DNA from: Octopus vulgaris
Taxonomy: Eukaryota
Direction: 5' to 3'
Length of the DNA stretch: 64,000 nucleotides
NCBI GenBank assembly: GCA_951406725.2
Contig: OX597835.1
Span: 868,001-932,000 of the forward strand
Shown: positions 26,690 to 39,374 of the stretch, piece after piece
Position numbering within the stretch: position 1 is the stretch's first letter
How the letters are laid out: each line of letters starts with the position of its first letter
Made by a program: the position numbers and the translations under genes
Notes under the pieces: generated by a model
Told to the model about the DNA's origin: nothing
What the model saw: only the letters and a program-made list of their open reading frames with translations
Database searches by the model: none

Positions 26690-27075
26690 TTATCAGTTCC
26701 AGTCGCTGGGCTGCTGCCAGGCTGGGGCACCACCTTCAAGGGTTTTAGTCAAATTAATTGACACCAGGACTTATATTATTTTGAAACCTGATACTTATTC
26801 TTTTGATCTTTATGCCAAACTGCTAAATTACGGGAACATAAACAAACCAACACCAGTTGTCAAACTGTGGTGGGTGACAAACACAAAGACACACACACAT
26901 TCATGTATATGTATGATGAGCTTCTTTCAGTTTCCATCTATGAAATCCACTCACAAGCCTTCGGTTGGCCTCAGGCTTTAGTACAAACCACTTACCCAAG
27001 GTGCCACACAGTGGGACTGAACCAGGAACCATGTGGTTGGGAAGCAAACTTCTTACCACACAGTTACATCTGCAC
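26690..27075 (-). mobile_element. SINE family A
   Basis: cacttacccaaggtgccacacagtgggactgaacc. Confidence 0.7.
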
Positions 27076-27479
27076 CAACAATGTTTACTTCATGTTCTTA
27101 TATTAGAGAAATGAAAAACCAAAAAAATGATCTCTGATTTTTACTTTACAAGCTCTTATCTGTAATCCACTCACTATAGACTGCTCATGCTCACAAAGAG
27201 ATTTTAAATCTAGAGAAAGAGCCGCTATAAAATAAATATGTTAGTGTTAACAGATTTAATGCGGAGAGCAACAAAAATTTAACTAGAAATAATTGATGCA
27301 GTGAGGAAAAAACTAACTCATTATGTTTGTTCACTGTTATTTTGAGTCCTTCCAAAGATAACTTTTTTCTTTCACTGACATTATCAGAGGAAGAAAAGTT
27401 ATGCCCATGGTGCTTCATGGAGTCTCCTTGATTGGTAAAAGGAAGAGGGGAAGTTATCTTCAGACCAGGGATTTGGTCT

Positions 27480-28205
27480 ACAACAGTGTTTCATGAAATT
27501 ATTGTATACAGTGCTCAGGTGCACCACAACTTGTCAAAAGTGCGTATAAAGCATATGCAGTAATGTACAAATGTCTGGGAAGTGAACAGTGTACGAGTCA
27601 GATACAAGCTTGCGTGTGTATGGAGGGGAGAAAATCAGGTGTAGTGTTGGCGAATCTCAGGAAGCATGGAAGTTTTGAAGGATGCAGTGCTCCGACAACT
27701 AACAACTGATGCTGGCAGTTTGTTCCATGCTTCAGTAACTCTTAGCATGAAAAAATGTTTCTGAAAGTCATGGGAGCCGTGCTGTTTTCTGACTTTGTAA
27801 ACATGTCCACGGGTGTTAGACAGGTGGAGTTTGAAAAGGTGCTCAGAGTTATTGTTTGTAAGATGGTTAATAATTTTATGGGTGTCTGCCAAGTCATCTG
27901 CCAGATGCTGGAGTTTCAATGTATCCATTCTCAGGGAAGAAAGGCGTTCAGAATATGGCAAATGCCTGATGGAGGGTATTCTCTCGGTTGCACATCGCTA
28001 AACGGCTCCCAGGCGATTAATATCCTGGGCAAGATAGGGGTTCCAGACTGGTGATGCAAATTCCAGGTGAGGTCGCACCATAGCTATATAAAGCCGCAGA
28101 TAGATAGTCGGAGAGCGGCTCACAAAGGACTTGGTGAGTGATGCCAAGACACCCTCAGCCTTCTTGGCAATTTTAGCAATATGTTTTGTCCAACGCGAAT
28201 CGCTG
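27480..28205 (-). mobile_element. CR1-like LINE 3' end
   Basis: RPHLEFASPVW, PYSERLSSL, NTRGHVYK, HFFMLRVTEAWNKLP. Confidence 0.8.
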
Positions 28206-28859
28206 ATTGGGATTGATAAAGTACTAGCAAAGTGCTAGGTTGATATAATCATTCATACTCATTGCCTTGTATCAATGTTAAAAATTCACATCATTTGGGA
28301 CTTATTTGACAAGTATGGGAGACAAACTCCAAACAAGTTTCAGTATTATTAGGCTTCTGTGTAGCACAGGTTTTATTATACTTGCTGAAATAGTGATGAG
28401 AAAAGGGATAAGTAGATGTACAAGAATGTACACTGGCTGAGACAAAAATAAGAAATTCTCAGAGGATAATTTACTTACACCCCAAGTTGCTGTTTAACCC
28501 CAAATCTACCTTGCTAGAATAAACATATCATAAAAGACCTTCCAGCAATGACCATCCTGTTACATTTAAACCAGTGAGAGAATGACTGAAGTAAGATTTA
28601 GTTGCTATTTCTGAAAGGCTGAGGTTTGTCATTGATTCACATCCTGTATAGTTGTTGTTTAGTTCAATGACAACCTCGATCAAGAGGCCATAGGATTATA
28701 GGTATGCCATCCACGACCATCCTGTTTCATTTCTCTCGTTGTTCTCTCATTGACTTAGCAGTATTGTGTTGTTACTTTTGCGACTTAGCCCAGGTAAGTT
28801 CTGAATGACATAATCAGAAAGGGCCTCGACATGGCTGGCTTCTCTTTTCAACTCAAGCC

Positions 28860-29230
28860 AACAGATCTCGACTGCAGGGACAGTAAGCACTCTGACAGGA
28901 TAACCTTCTCACCATTCAAGGGAGGCAGATCCCTAGTTTTCTGGCTCCTACCTGGCAGCATCTGTTGTAAACTTAGGTATCACCGCTTGTAATGCAGAGG
29001 AGAGAAAAATCAATAAATACAGGGATCTGGCAAGCTACTATCGGTTTGTCCCTGTCATCACTGTTGAGACGTTAGGTGTTCTAGGACCCCATACTACCAA
29101 TTTCCTCTAGAAAATAGGGATAATGGCAGCCCAGTGGAGAAATGAGCCCAACAAGGTGGAATAACTGTTGCAGCAAATGTTGCTGGCCAGTCTCCATGGC
29201 AATGCCATAATTTCCATTACTTGCAAGGAA
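28860..29230 (+). mobile_element. CRE-like LINE restriction-like endonuclease remnant
   Basis: Degenerate ITFSPFKGGRSL...NAEERKINKYRDL..YRFVPV..VETLGVLGP. Confidence 0.55.
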
Positions 29231-29739
29231 CAGCTGAGTGCACCACCAGTTCTGGGATATGTGGCCTGTCACCCCCTCCCTTCCATCTTCTGCTGTTTGC
29301 TCCACCTTTTCCTTTTTCCTTTTCTTTCTTTTCTTTTCCTTCCTGTTTCTTTGTGTTTAAATGTTCTAAAAAAAATGTTATTTTAACATTAACATGCAAC
29401 ATTAAAAGATAGTCACCCAACTCACACTTCAAGGTTGAGTGGTTAACAATACTAAGCAACCTGACAAGTCATGGTGATCCTGCTGAGTAAATAAAGAAGA
29501 ATGAAAATTTCAACAAACACACAAACACACACATACACACTCTCTCTCTCTCTCTCTCTCTCTCTCCCACTCTCACTCACTTTCTCACATTCACACTCAC
29601 ACACACATACCTACCAAAAAATACATACTCAGGGAATATAGCTGACAGCACCCAGTCACACCAGGTCACAACAGTCAAACCCTAACACACAGTCACTATG
29701 CACACTTGGATTAGTAACCAAATCTCCCTGAATTCCTTA

Positions 29740-32700
29740 TTATCTTTAGCAAAAGAACACAGTGTATATTAAGTGCAGGGTACTCTGTGCCTGGAAGGAA
29801 AAAAAAGAAAGAAACAAAGAAACAAGGATCATAGGTGAAATACCTTTCAACATAAGGTCTGCTCAATAGACCAGCAATGAGCTTAAACTACGAGTCTCTA
29901 TGTAGTTGCTAGAAATAGCAACAAAATTTCTCTTAAATCACACAACTCACCATCTTAAAAGAAGGACATATTGGATAATGCATTCCTAGTACTGCCCTTC
30001 CCTCTAACAAGGCAGGGTGGTCACAAATGGAATACTTCTGATTATTAGTCTGGTTAATCCAGGTTAACCTGAGGTTAAACAACAAAGGAAAGCAAGAGAA
30101 CCTCTACATGGCTGCTTGAAACAACAGCCCAAACGCCTTGAAATCATTCCCTACCATCTTAGAAAAGGGCATGCTGGGTGATGTGGTTATAGGTTCCTTA
30201 CACATAAGAAATGGATGGGATGGTCATAACTGGAATGTTTTTGATTATATGTTTGCTCATTCAGTGTGGATCTGAGTCTAAAGAACAATAAAGAAATGTA
30301 CAATGCTCATTAAAAGATCACTGACTTCTGGGTGGTCAATATGATGTAAATTCTGTATGGTTGATGAGAGATGATCCTGTCAAAATATTTTAAATCACTT
30401 AATCAGAAAAAATATATCCTGTCACAGTCATTAAGTTCCATAGTTATATAATTAAGACAAAGCTTTGCTGAGAAGGCAGAGTATGACTAAAAGATGTAGA
30501 GAGTTTGGGTGGCATTTTTTACTTCCTGGTTAAACCAGAGTGTTCCTTTACTACCTGGCACCACTTTTAACTGCTTTTGTCCACAGCATTATACAGCTGG
30601 AAAAAAAAAACTGCTGAACAAAACAGTCTCTGTTCCCTTCAACATCCTCAGTTTATCCAGAAAGGTCGTCCGTATATTTGTTTCTGATCCCATCATAGAA
30701 CAGACCTCTCTACTTTATTCCATTAGCCACACTGGACTTATCAGCTTTGTGAGTTCTCCCTGCTACAAACAGTCTTAGAAAAATAAGTGGTGATCACTTT
30801 ACACAAACAGTCCAGTACAGAACCAAAGAGATCAGAGATGAGAACAAAATCTGTCAAAATCTGTTCCAAAGTATCCTTATGAATACATTCCTGTGCTGGA
30901 AGAATATGTTTATAATGGAGAGCTCATTTGCAGCAGAAAAGTGTAGCAAGCCTCTCCATTTGCATTGAATTCAGGGCTGCTACTCCTCGCAGTCATTCCA
31001 GAGAAAACATGGGCATTGAAGTCTCTTTATAGGACAAATAACTCAGTGTTGCCTTCATCTGCAGCTGCAGTTACTTTGTCAGTGAAGGGTTTTTATGTGG
31101 TCTTGCTGTTTGGTGAATATACTTGCAACAACCACAGCAGCCCTTCCTTCTGCCTAAACTTCAAGAAGCAAACCCTCCCACTATGTAGGATCTACTCCTT
31201 AGCACAATGTGACAGTTGGAGGGTTGTGAGTATCCCCACACCTGCTGGTGCAGACATGGTTGACATCATACCTGAAAAGTGATGTTTTCACCCTCCATCC
31301 AAATCTGTGGTACCAGAGCCACAGAACCTTTTTAGGAGTCACTGATTATGTCTAACCAGTAGTGTTTGGCCTCCCCTAGCTCCTGTTCTTTACCTGTAAG
31401 GATTATGACATGCCAATTCTCAATCATTAATGGTTATTCCCTCCTAGACCAACTTCGAAGTCTTGAGATACACATCCTTTGTGCTCCCACCCCATGCTAT
31501 CAGTTGCAGGCTTATAGATGGTTGTATTGGCAATATATTTTTTGAATGGACCCTTCACCTAAGATCCAAAAGTGATCCTTGATATCTTGTATGATAGGTG
31601 ACACAGTATGCTTGCTCTTTCAAGCATCTTTCATATTTCTAGTTCTGGTAGTGATTCTGCTATGAGGTCTAGGTCATCAGCATAGAGGAGCTCCCAGGGG
31701 CAACCTGTCTTGAATTCCTCTGGTATTGCCTGGAGGACTATGATGAATAAGAGGGGGCTGCGGGCTGATCCTTGGTGAACCCCTATTTCTACTACTACTA
31801 TCTTGCAAGAAATAGCAACCAATTTTCACTCAAGTCACATACTACTGTCTTAACCTTAAATCATAAGTCTGTTTAATCAAGGTTGGCTTGAAGCTAAACA
31901 ACAATAAAAAAAAAAAGAAGTCTCAATTTGGTCATTTGGTCAGCTACAAATAGCAGCCAAATCTTTCACAAATTACATTATACTATCTAAAAGAAATGGC
32001 AGATAACATTTGATACTATGATCCTTGATAAACTGTGACTGAAAAATAAAAGGAGGGTATAGTCACATCTAGAATTCCTTCTGATCATTGGTCCACTTGA
32101 TCAGGATTGCCTGTGGTTAAATGGAAACAGTAATCACAACAACAAATTTGGCCTGCTTATGGTTGTGATAGCTAAATGGATCATCCATCTTACTTCTGAC
32201 TCCCCAGCATCAGGAGTAGCAGCCACTGTCACCATTGTAACATAGTCATATATCAATGGACAAAATGAAAAGAAACCCACCAAAAAGTGCCTTTATGTGC
32301 TCATTCAAATTGGCTAGAAATAGTAGCTAAGTTTTCCTCAAATCACACCACTCTATTTGTCTTAAATAAAAATACACAAGACAACTTAGCCCCTGATACA
32401 CATACAAAAAGACAAGACAATCACAGTTGCAATACTTTTGATCAATATGAAGAGGTTCTCTTTGATTATAGACCTGCTTAATCATGTGTTGACTTGTAAC
32501 TAAACAGCACCACAAAAACAAGAGGTATACGGGTAAGGGGATCCTTCATTGCTAGAAACACCAGCCCAACTTCTCTCAAATCACAGAGATCACCTTAAAA
32601 TAAGCACCCATCCAACTCAAAATTAGCCAGGGTGGAGGACAGATGAGACCACAATAAACACAAATAAGCTGGCAAGAGCATATTGAGACTTTCATCGAAA

Positions 32701-32950
32701 TGGAACACAACTGGAACGGTTTTGATCATTAGGTTTTCACCATACGACTAATCTGGGACTGAACAAGAATGAGAAAACAAAAGAACCTTTACATGGTCAC
32801 TTGTCTTGCTAGAAATAGTAACTGTACATCTCTCAAATTTCCTCCTTACCATTGTCAATAAATAAAGAAGATGGGAAAGTTATGACTGGAACAATTTTGA
32901 TCACAATCCTGCTTTTAATCAGGGCTGACCAAAAGACTAAACAACAACAC
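29740..32950 (+). repeat. Two arrays (29740-30290 and 31790-32950) of the ~190-bp unit, separated by LINE debris including an RTE RT fragment at 31633-31790 (-)
   Basis: Recurring ctagaaatagca/aaatcaca/gggatggtca/gatcatagg/aaacaac motifs; GVHQGSARSPLLF...LYADD at 31631-31822. Confidence 0.5.
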
Positions 32951-33629
32951 AACAGCAATAATGACGATACACTCCTATCTTAACCATATATGACAACAAT
33001 AGTCCTTTATATCGTTCAGATCATTAAAATCAAACATTCTTATTGATTAATTGCAATGTTTTTCTTTCTTTTTTTTTTGTTTCTTTATTGTTTAACAGAT
33101 GTGTTTGGAGGGTTGGGGAGTGAGAGGTTACTTTACATTTCATTATTATCTAAATATTTATCACTTGAGCATTAAAGCACTCCAAACTGATTTCAGTAAT
33201 GTCTTTGCTTGGTAGTTGCTATGGTTGTTATTTCTATTGTGTATCATTGTACTTAATCAACTTTGTCCCCATAAGTTGAATGCTCTCTGTTTGTGTAACA
33301 TGTTCTCTTTTTGTCTCACACACACACACACACAAACATGAATTCATACATATATATCAGCTGTAAACTTACATGATCAAAGTTCAAGAGTATCATATTT
33401 GCAAATACTGAATTTGTTTAAAATTGTGAATTCACTCTTTATATAGAGACGATTTATGATTTTTACCGGTAACTTCAAGCAAAAATTATTATTGGACAGT
33501 CATATTAGGCACATAATGGATAAATTTCAAATTTGCCCCTCTGCTAAAAAGTGTTGGTGGTAGCAGAAAAATAAATAAAACAAAATACTTAAAAAGAATA
33601 AAATCAAACAGTATAAACCACATATGAGA

Positions 33630-34730
33630 ATACGAGGTTGTATCAAAAAGCTTTGGGACTTGTTATGTTTAATAAAAAATAACTTACTTACCCAAGTTTT
33701 AACATCATATCCTTCAAAATAGTCACCTTGTGCAGCAATACACTGGTACCAGATTTCCTGCCACTTTTGGAATCTGGCCTGGATTGGCATAGCAGTATGG
33801 TTGCCAATAGGGCAAAGGTGATACTTAATAGTGGGGAAAATTTATTTTGATATGGGGTAGGACCACCTTTGGCAGTAATTACAGCTTGAATTCTATAAGG
33901 TATAGACTCATACATAGTTTGAATTGTTTCCAAAGGAATTTTTGTCTAGTCTTCAGCTAAAACAGTTTCCAGTTCTTGTAGCGATAATAGTGGAGGATAT
34001 CGACTCCTTACTTGTTTTTCTAAAATGCACCATAAATGTTCAATAATATTGAAATCTGGGGACTGTGATGGCCAGTTAAGATGTTCAACTTCACTAGAAT
34101 GTTCCTTGGGCCATTCAGTAACAACTTTAACTGTGTGAATTGGTGCATTATCATCCTGAAAGATTGCATTTCCCTCCAGAAACAGTTCCACAACCATAGG
34201 ATGAATTTGATCAGATAAAATGCTTAAATAGTCTTGACTATTAATTCTGCCATAAAGGGATCCCATTGGGCCAGTGGATTTCCACGATATAGCCCCTCAG
34301 ATCATCACAGATCCTCCTCCATGTTTAATAGTTGGAAAAAGGTTGTCTGGGTCAAATACTTCTTTAGGCTGTCTCCACATGTATGTTCAGCCAGTGGTCG
34401 GAAATAAGGTAAAGGATAACTCATCCAAGAAAATAACATTCTTCCACTGCTCTAGGGATCAATTCTGTAGATTTTTACTCCAGTCTAAATGCTTTGCAAC
34501 GTTTATTTTGGTGGCCTAGAAGAGGTTAGAAGGGTCAAGTGGCAAAGACATAATTCTGCTTAGTGAAGGCATCTGGTAAGTGAAACTTCTGTCACTCACA
34601 GAAAAACTATTGTATTACCATGAGAAAAGTGCTGTTGAACTGCTAAGTGAAATTTGGCTATCAAGGATCGAATCCACACTATGCTTGCATGAAGCCACTA
34701 CAGATCTATGATAAATACAACCTACATTAT
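33630..34730 (-). mobile_element. Tc1-family transposase pseudogene, with a small mariner-end fragment at about 33630-33780
   Basis: IFQDDNAPIH...WPSQSPDFNIIEHLW and RIQAVITAKGGPTPY. Confidence 0.85.
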
Positions 34731-34769
34731 TTCTTAGATACATACATATATATATATATATATATATTT

Positions 34770-35590
34770 TGCCAGCTCTGTCTGGCCCCCGTGTCGGTGG
34801 CACGTAAAAGCACCATCCATTCGTGTTCGTTGCCAGCCTCGCCTGGCCCCGTGCTGGTGACACGTAAAAGCACCGTCCATTCATGGCCGTTTGCCAGCTC
34901 TGTCTGGCCCCGTGTCGGTGGCACATAAAAGCACCATCCGTTCGTGTCCGTTGCCAGCCTCGGCTGGCCCCCATGCCGGTGACACGTAAAAGCACCGTCC
35001 GTTCGTGACCGTTTGCCAGCTTTGCCTGGCCCCGTGTCGGTGGCACGCAAAAGCACCATCCGTTCGTGTTCGTTGCCAGCCTCGGCTGGCCCCCGTGCCG
35101 GTGACACGTAAAAGCACCGTCCGTTCGTGACCGTTTGCCAGCTTTGCCTGGCCCCGTGTCGGTGGCACGCAAAAGCACCATCTGTTCGTGTTCGTTGCCA
35201 GCCTCGGCTGGCCCCCGTGCCGGTGACACGTAAAAGCACCGTCCGTTTGTGGCCGTTTGCCAGCTCTGTCTGGCCACGTGTCGGTGGCACGTAAAAGCAC
35301 CATCCGTTCGTGTCCGTTGCCAGCATCGCCTGGCCCCGTGCCGGTGACACGTAAAAGCACCATCCGTTCGTGGCCGTTTGCCAGCTCTGTCTGGCACCTG
35401 TGCAGGTGGCACGTAAAAAACACCCACTACACTCGCGGAGTGGTTGGCGTTAGGAAGGGCATCCAGCCGTAGAAACACCGCCAGATCTGACTGGGCCTGA
35501 CGAAGCCTTCCAGCTTCACAGACCCCAGTTGACCCGTCCAACCCATGCTAGCATGGAAAGCGGACGCTAAATGATGATGATGATGATGAT
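34770..35590 (+). mobile_element. Young RTE 3' UTR with about 16 tandem 39/40-bp units and (GAT)n tail
   Basis: Alternating ggtggcacgtaaaagcaccatccg and ggtgacacgtaaaagcaccgtccg units; near-identical reverse complement of 21333-21990. Confidence 0.9.
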
Positions 35591-35657
35591 ATACATACAT
35601 ATACATCTACATAAACACATACATAAAGAAATATATACACATACACATGCATATATC

Positions 35658-36030
35658 ATGGTACTCCATCGGTTAGGATGATGAGGGTTCCAGTTGATCC
35701 GATCAACGGAAGAACCAGTTCGTGAAATTAACATGCAAGTGGCTGAGCACTCCACAGACACGTGTACCCTAAATGTAGTTCTCGAGGAGAGTCTGCATGA
35801 CACAGAGTGTGACAAGGCTGGCCCCTTTGAAATACAGGTACAACAGAAACAGGAAGAAAGAGTAAGAGGAAGTTGTGGTGAAAGAGTACAGCAGGGTTCA
35901 CCACCAGCCCCTGCTGGAGCCTCATGAAGCTTTGGGTGTTTTTATTCAGTAAACATTCATAACATCCAGTCTGAGAATTGAAACCATGACCCTATGACTG
36001 TCAGTCTGCTGCCTTAACCACTGCGCCTCC
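35658..36030 (-). mobile_element. tRNA-derived SINE
   Basis: Reverse complement of the 14342-14705 type. Confidence 0.75.
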
Positions 36031-36251
36031 ACACATGTATATATAAGCATACATATATACACACATAATATATACATCCACATTTATACCTACAAAAGTA
36101 CATATACATGTACATACATACAGAGACACACACACACACACATATATATAAACATACATGTACATACACAGATATATACATATACACACATATATACATA
36201 TATATACACATAGACAGATACATACAGAACAAATATAGATATATATATATA

Positions 36252-36291
<40 letters not shown>

Positions 36292-36329
36292 AAAAAGGAG
36301 ATGTGGAACATGAGTTGTGATATATAAAA

Positions 36330-37196
36330 AAAAGGAAATGAAGAAAATGCTGACAAAATAATTTAAGTAAGGGAGAGTGTATTTAATTAGGTGAAAGTTC
36401 TTTTTACCGGTTGCGCATTTGTTATGCTTATCAAAAGATATTTTAGAACTATAAATATTGAAAATTGTACCCACACACGCACACATATATACACCGCGCA
36501 CCCCAACATACATATAAACACACACACACACACACGCGCACACATACATACATATAGCTCTTCCTGTCCTAAAGGAACTTACTTATCCAGCTCAAATTCA
36601 GTCAAGCGGAAAATACACTCCTTAACTACGAGCTAAAAAGCTATTTAAAATATCCACAAGACGTCTACTGACCAGCCTGAACAATAAGAATTTTCAACAA
36701 CGCTATTTTCGAAAACTCCATACACCACCCACACCAACATTCATTCTAAACATTCACATGACCTCTCTATTATGACCACATCCACGTGACCTCTTTATTA
36801 TGACCAATAAGAAATTTTAGGCGCGACACTAGCCAAATTTTAACATCTCTGGAGCCTATTTTCTAACCCCAACACCAACTTCCATTCAAACATTCACGTG
36901 ACCCCTTTATAATGACCAATCAAAATTGTATTGACCATTTCCACAAGAAATTTTAGGCGCGAAACCAAGCAAATCTTAAACAACTCTGGAGTCTCTTTTT
37001 TCACATATAAGAGACAGCAAACCCAACATAAAGTCAGATAAGAGAAAAAATCTATCAGAAAGGAACTCTATCTCTCTTAAAAAAATATCTTTTGATAAGC
37101 ATAACAAATGCGCAACCGGTAAAAAGAACTTTCACCTAATTAAATACACTCTCCCTTACTTAAATTATTTTGTCAGCATTTTCTTCATTTCCTTTT
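36330..37196. repeat. Perfect 115-bp inverted repeat (36330-36444 and 37082-37196)
   Basis: Base-by-base reverse complement match. Confidence 0.95.
36577..37000 (-). promoter_or_regulatory. Candidate promoter, non-coding first exon and GTAAGT donor (36582-36577), possibly of ATG4
   Basis: TCACATGAC 36754, CACGTGAC 36783, TCACGTGAC 36894; CCAAT 36804 and 36916; E2F-like TTTCGCGC (minus, about 36957-36964); diverged ~140-bp tandem duplication; locally CpG-enriched. Confidence 0.55.
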
Positions 37197-37330
37197 ATAT
37201 ATATATATATATATAACTATATACAAACACATTCATCTATATATATACATACCCATAGATGTATACATATATAAATATACATATATATATATATATTATA
37301 TACACATATATACTTTTCCACATATACACA

Positions 37331-37362
<32 letters not shown>

Positions 37363-37882
37363 GATATATACACCAACACACACACACATATATACATACA
37401 TGTACATACACATATATATACATAGATATATACACAATTCCCAATGTGTATATATATCTATGTGTATGTATGTGTGTGTATATGTATATATGTGTATGTA
37501 TGTATACAAATATGTATATATACATATTTTGTTCATTGTTTTTGTTCTTTTATGGTACTTGTGATGTATCCGAATAGTGAACGCTCATTCTCTTAAACAT
37601 AGGTATTTGGAATCAGTATTTTGCAATCTGGCAGTCATTTTACATGGAATTTCATCTGTCTTTTGAACCAAAATCCTGAAGAGACTTTTACACATCGATA
37701 TGAATTATTTATAAATCAAATAATGTTTATAAGTCAAAACAAGTTGTTGGCTTTTGGGGGATTTTTAATAATTTTTATGTTGTTTTATCATATATTATAT
37801 TATAATATAAATAAATTGTTAGATTGTGTAGATTGTGAATTATATTTCTCTAGTTAATTTATTCTTCATATATATATCAATC

Positions 37883-37934
<52 letters not shown>

Positions 37935-37944
37935 CATATATATA

Positions 37945-38165
37945 TAGTTAATCCAAACAAGAAAGCACAAAAAAACACAACAACGCGAGGATGTGGAACA
38001 AATCTAGTATAATTGGACGCTCAGGAAAGAAGGAAAGAAGGAGGGTTTAACGTTTCGAGCGGAACTCTTCGTCGGAAACATAGGAGAAGGAAAGATCCAG
38101 AGAAGGGAAGACAGAGGGAAAAAAAATCGCCAACGGTACACACGAGGTCACATTTTGAAAGCATG
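37945..38165 (-). mobile_element. Penelope-type terminal fragment with variant minimal hammerhead (38045-38079)
   Basis: Minus strand gttt CCGACGA a gag ttccg ctc GAAAC GTT aaac; bounded by (TA)n. Confidence 0.6.
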
Positions 38166-38655
<490 letters not shown>

Positions 38656-38750
38656 GGGAAGGTTTACGAAAATAAACAAAAGACGAAGACAGGTGGAGTA
38701 CAAACAAACAATTGTATTAGTATGGCGCTCAGGAATAGAAATAAAACAAG

Positions 38751-38788
38751 TCTTTTACGTTTCGAGCCTAAGCTCTTCAACAGAAAGA
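38751..38788 (-). ncRNA. Minimal hammerhead motif with CUGUUGA core variant, in a Penelope-type fragment (38653-39352)
   Basis: ucuuu CUGUUGA a gagc uuag gcuc GAAAC GUA aaaga: stems I and II pair perfectly. Confidence 0.6.
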
Positions 38789-39374
38789 TACACAGAGAAG
38801 AAACAAGGAGAGAAAAAAATTGTGTGTAGGGGCTAACGATCCAACATGGCATTCTGATTTCAGAAGTCAGAGATCAGAGGTCAAACATTAGAGGTCAGAC
38901 GTTAGACACTAGAGGGATAGTAGGAGAGATGACAGGGTCAAGAGACCTCGCTCCAACCTGAAGGTGCGTGTGTGCATAAGAGAGTATGTATGTGCATGTG
39001 GAAGAGGGCTGGTGGTTTGGACGTGTGTATGTATGTATGATGTGATGTGTAATGTCATATGGTGTAGTGTAATGTAGTGTGGGGGAGAGTGAGAGGGGGA
39101 AGAGGGAAGAAGAAAGAAGAAGAGGGAAGAAGGGAAGAGGAGGGAAAGAGAGTAGGGGTGAAAAGATGAAGGACTGAAGAGAAGTAGGAGTCAGGGGGGT
39201 AGATGAAAAGGCGGGGAGAGTTGAGACCAAATGGCGTAAAAGAGCGAAGAGAGAAGATTAATCCCTGTTCACGGCACAAACGGGAATCTGGATGACCTCT
39301 GTGCAAGGACAATCTGAACACAGACAGGTGTTCCAAGGAGTGACCAGTGGAGCATACATATAAATATATATATA

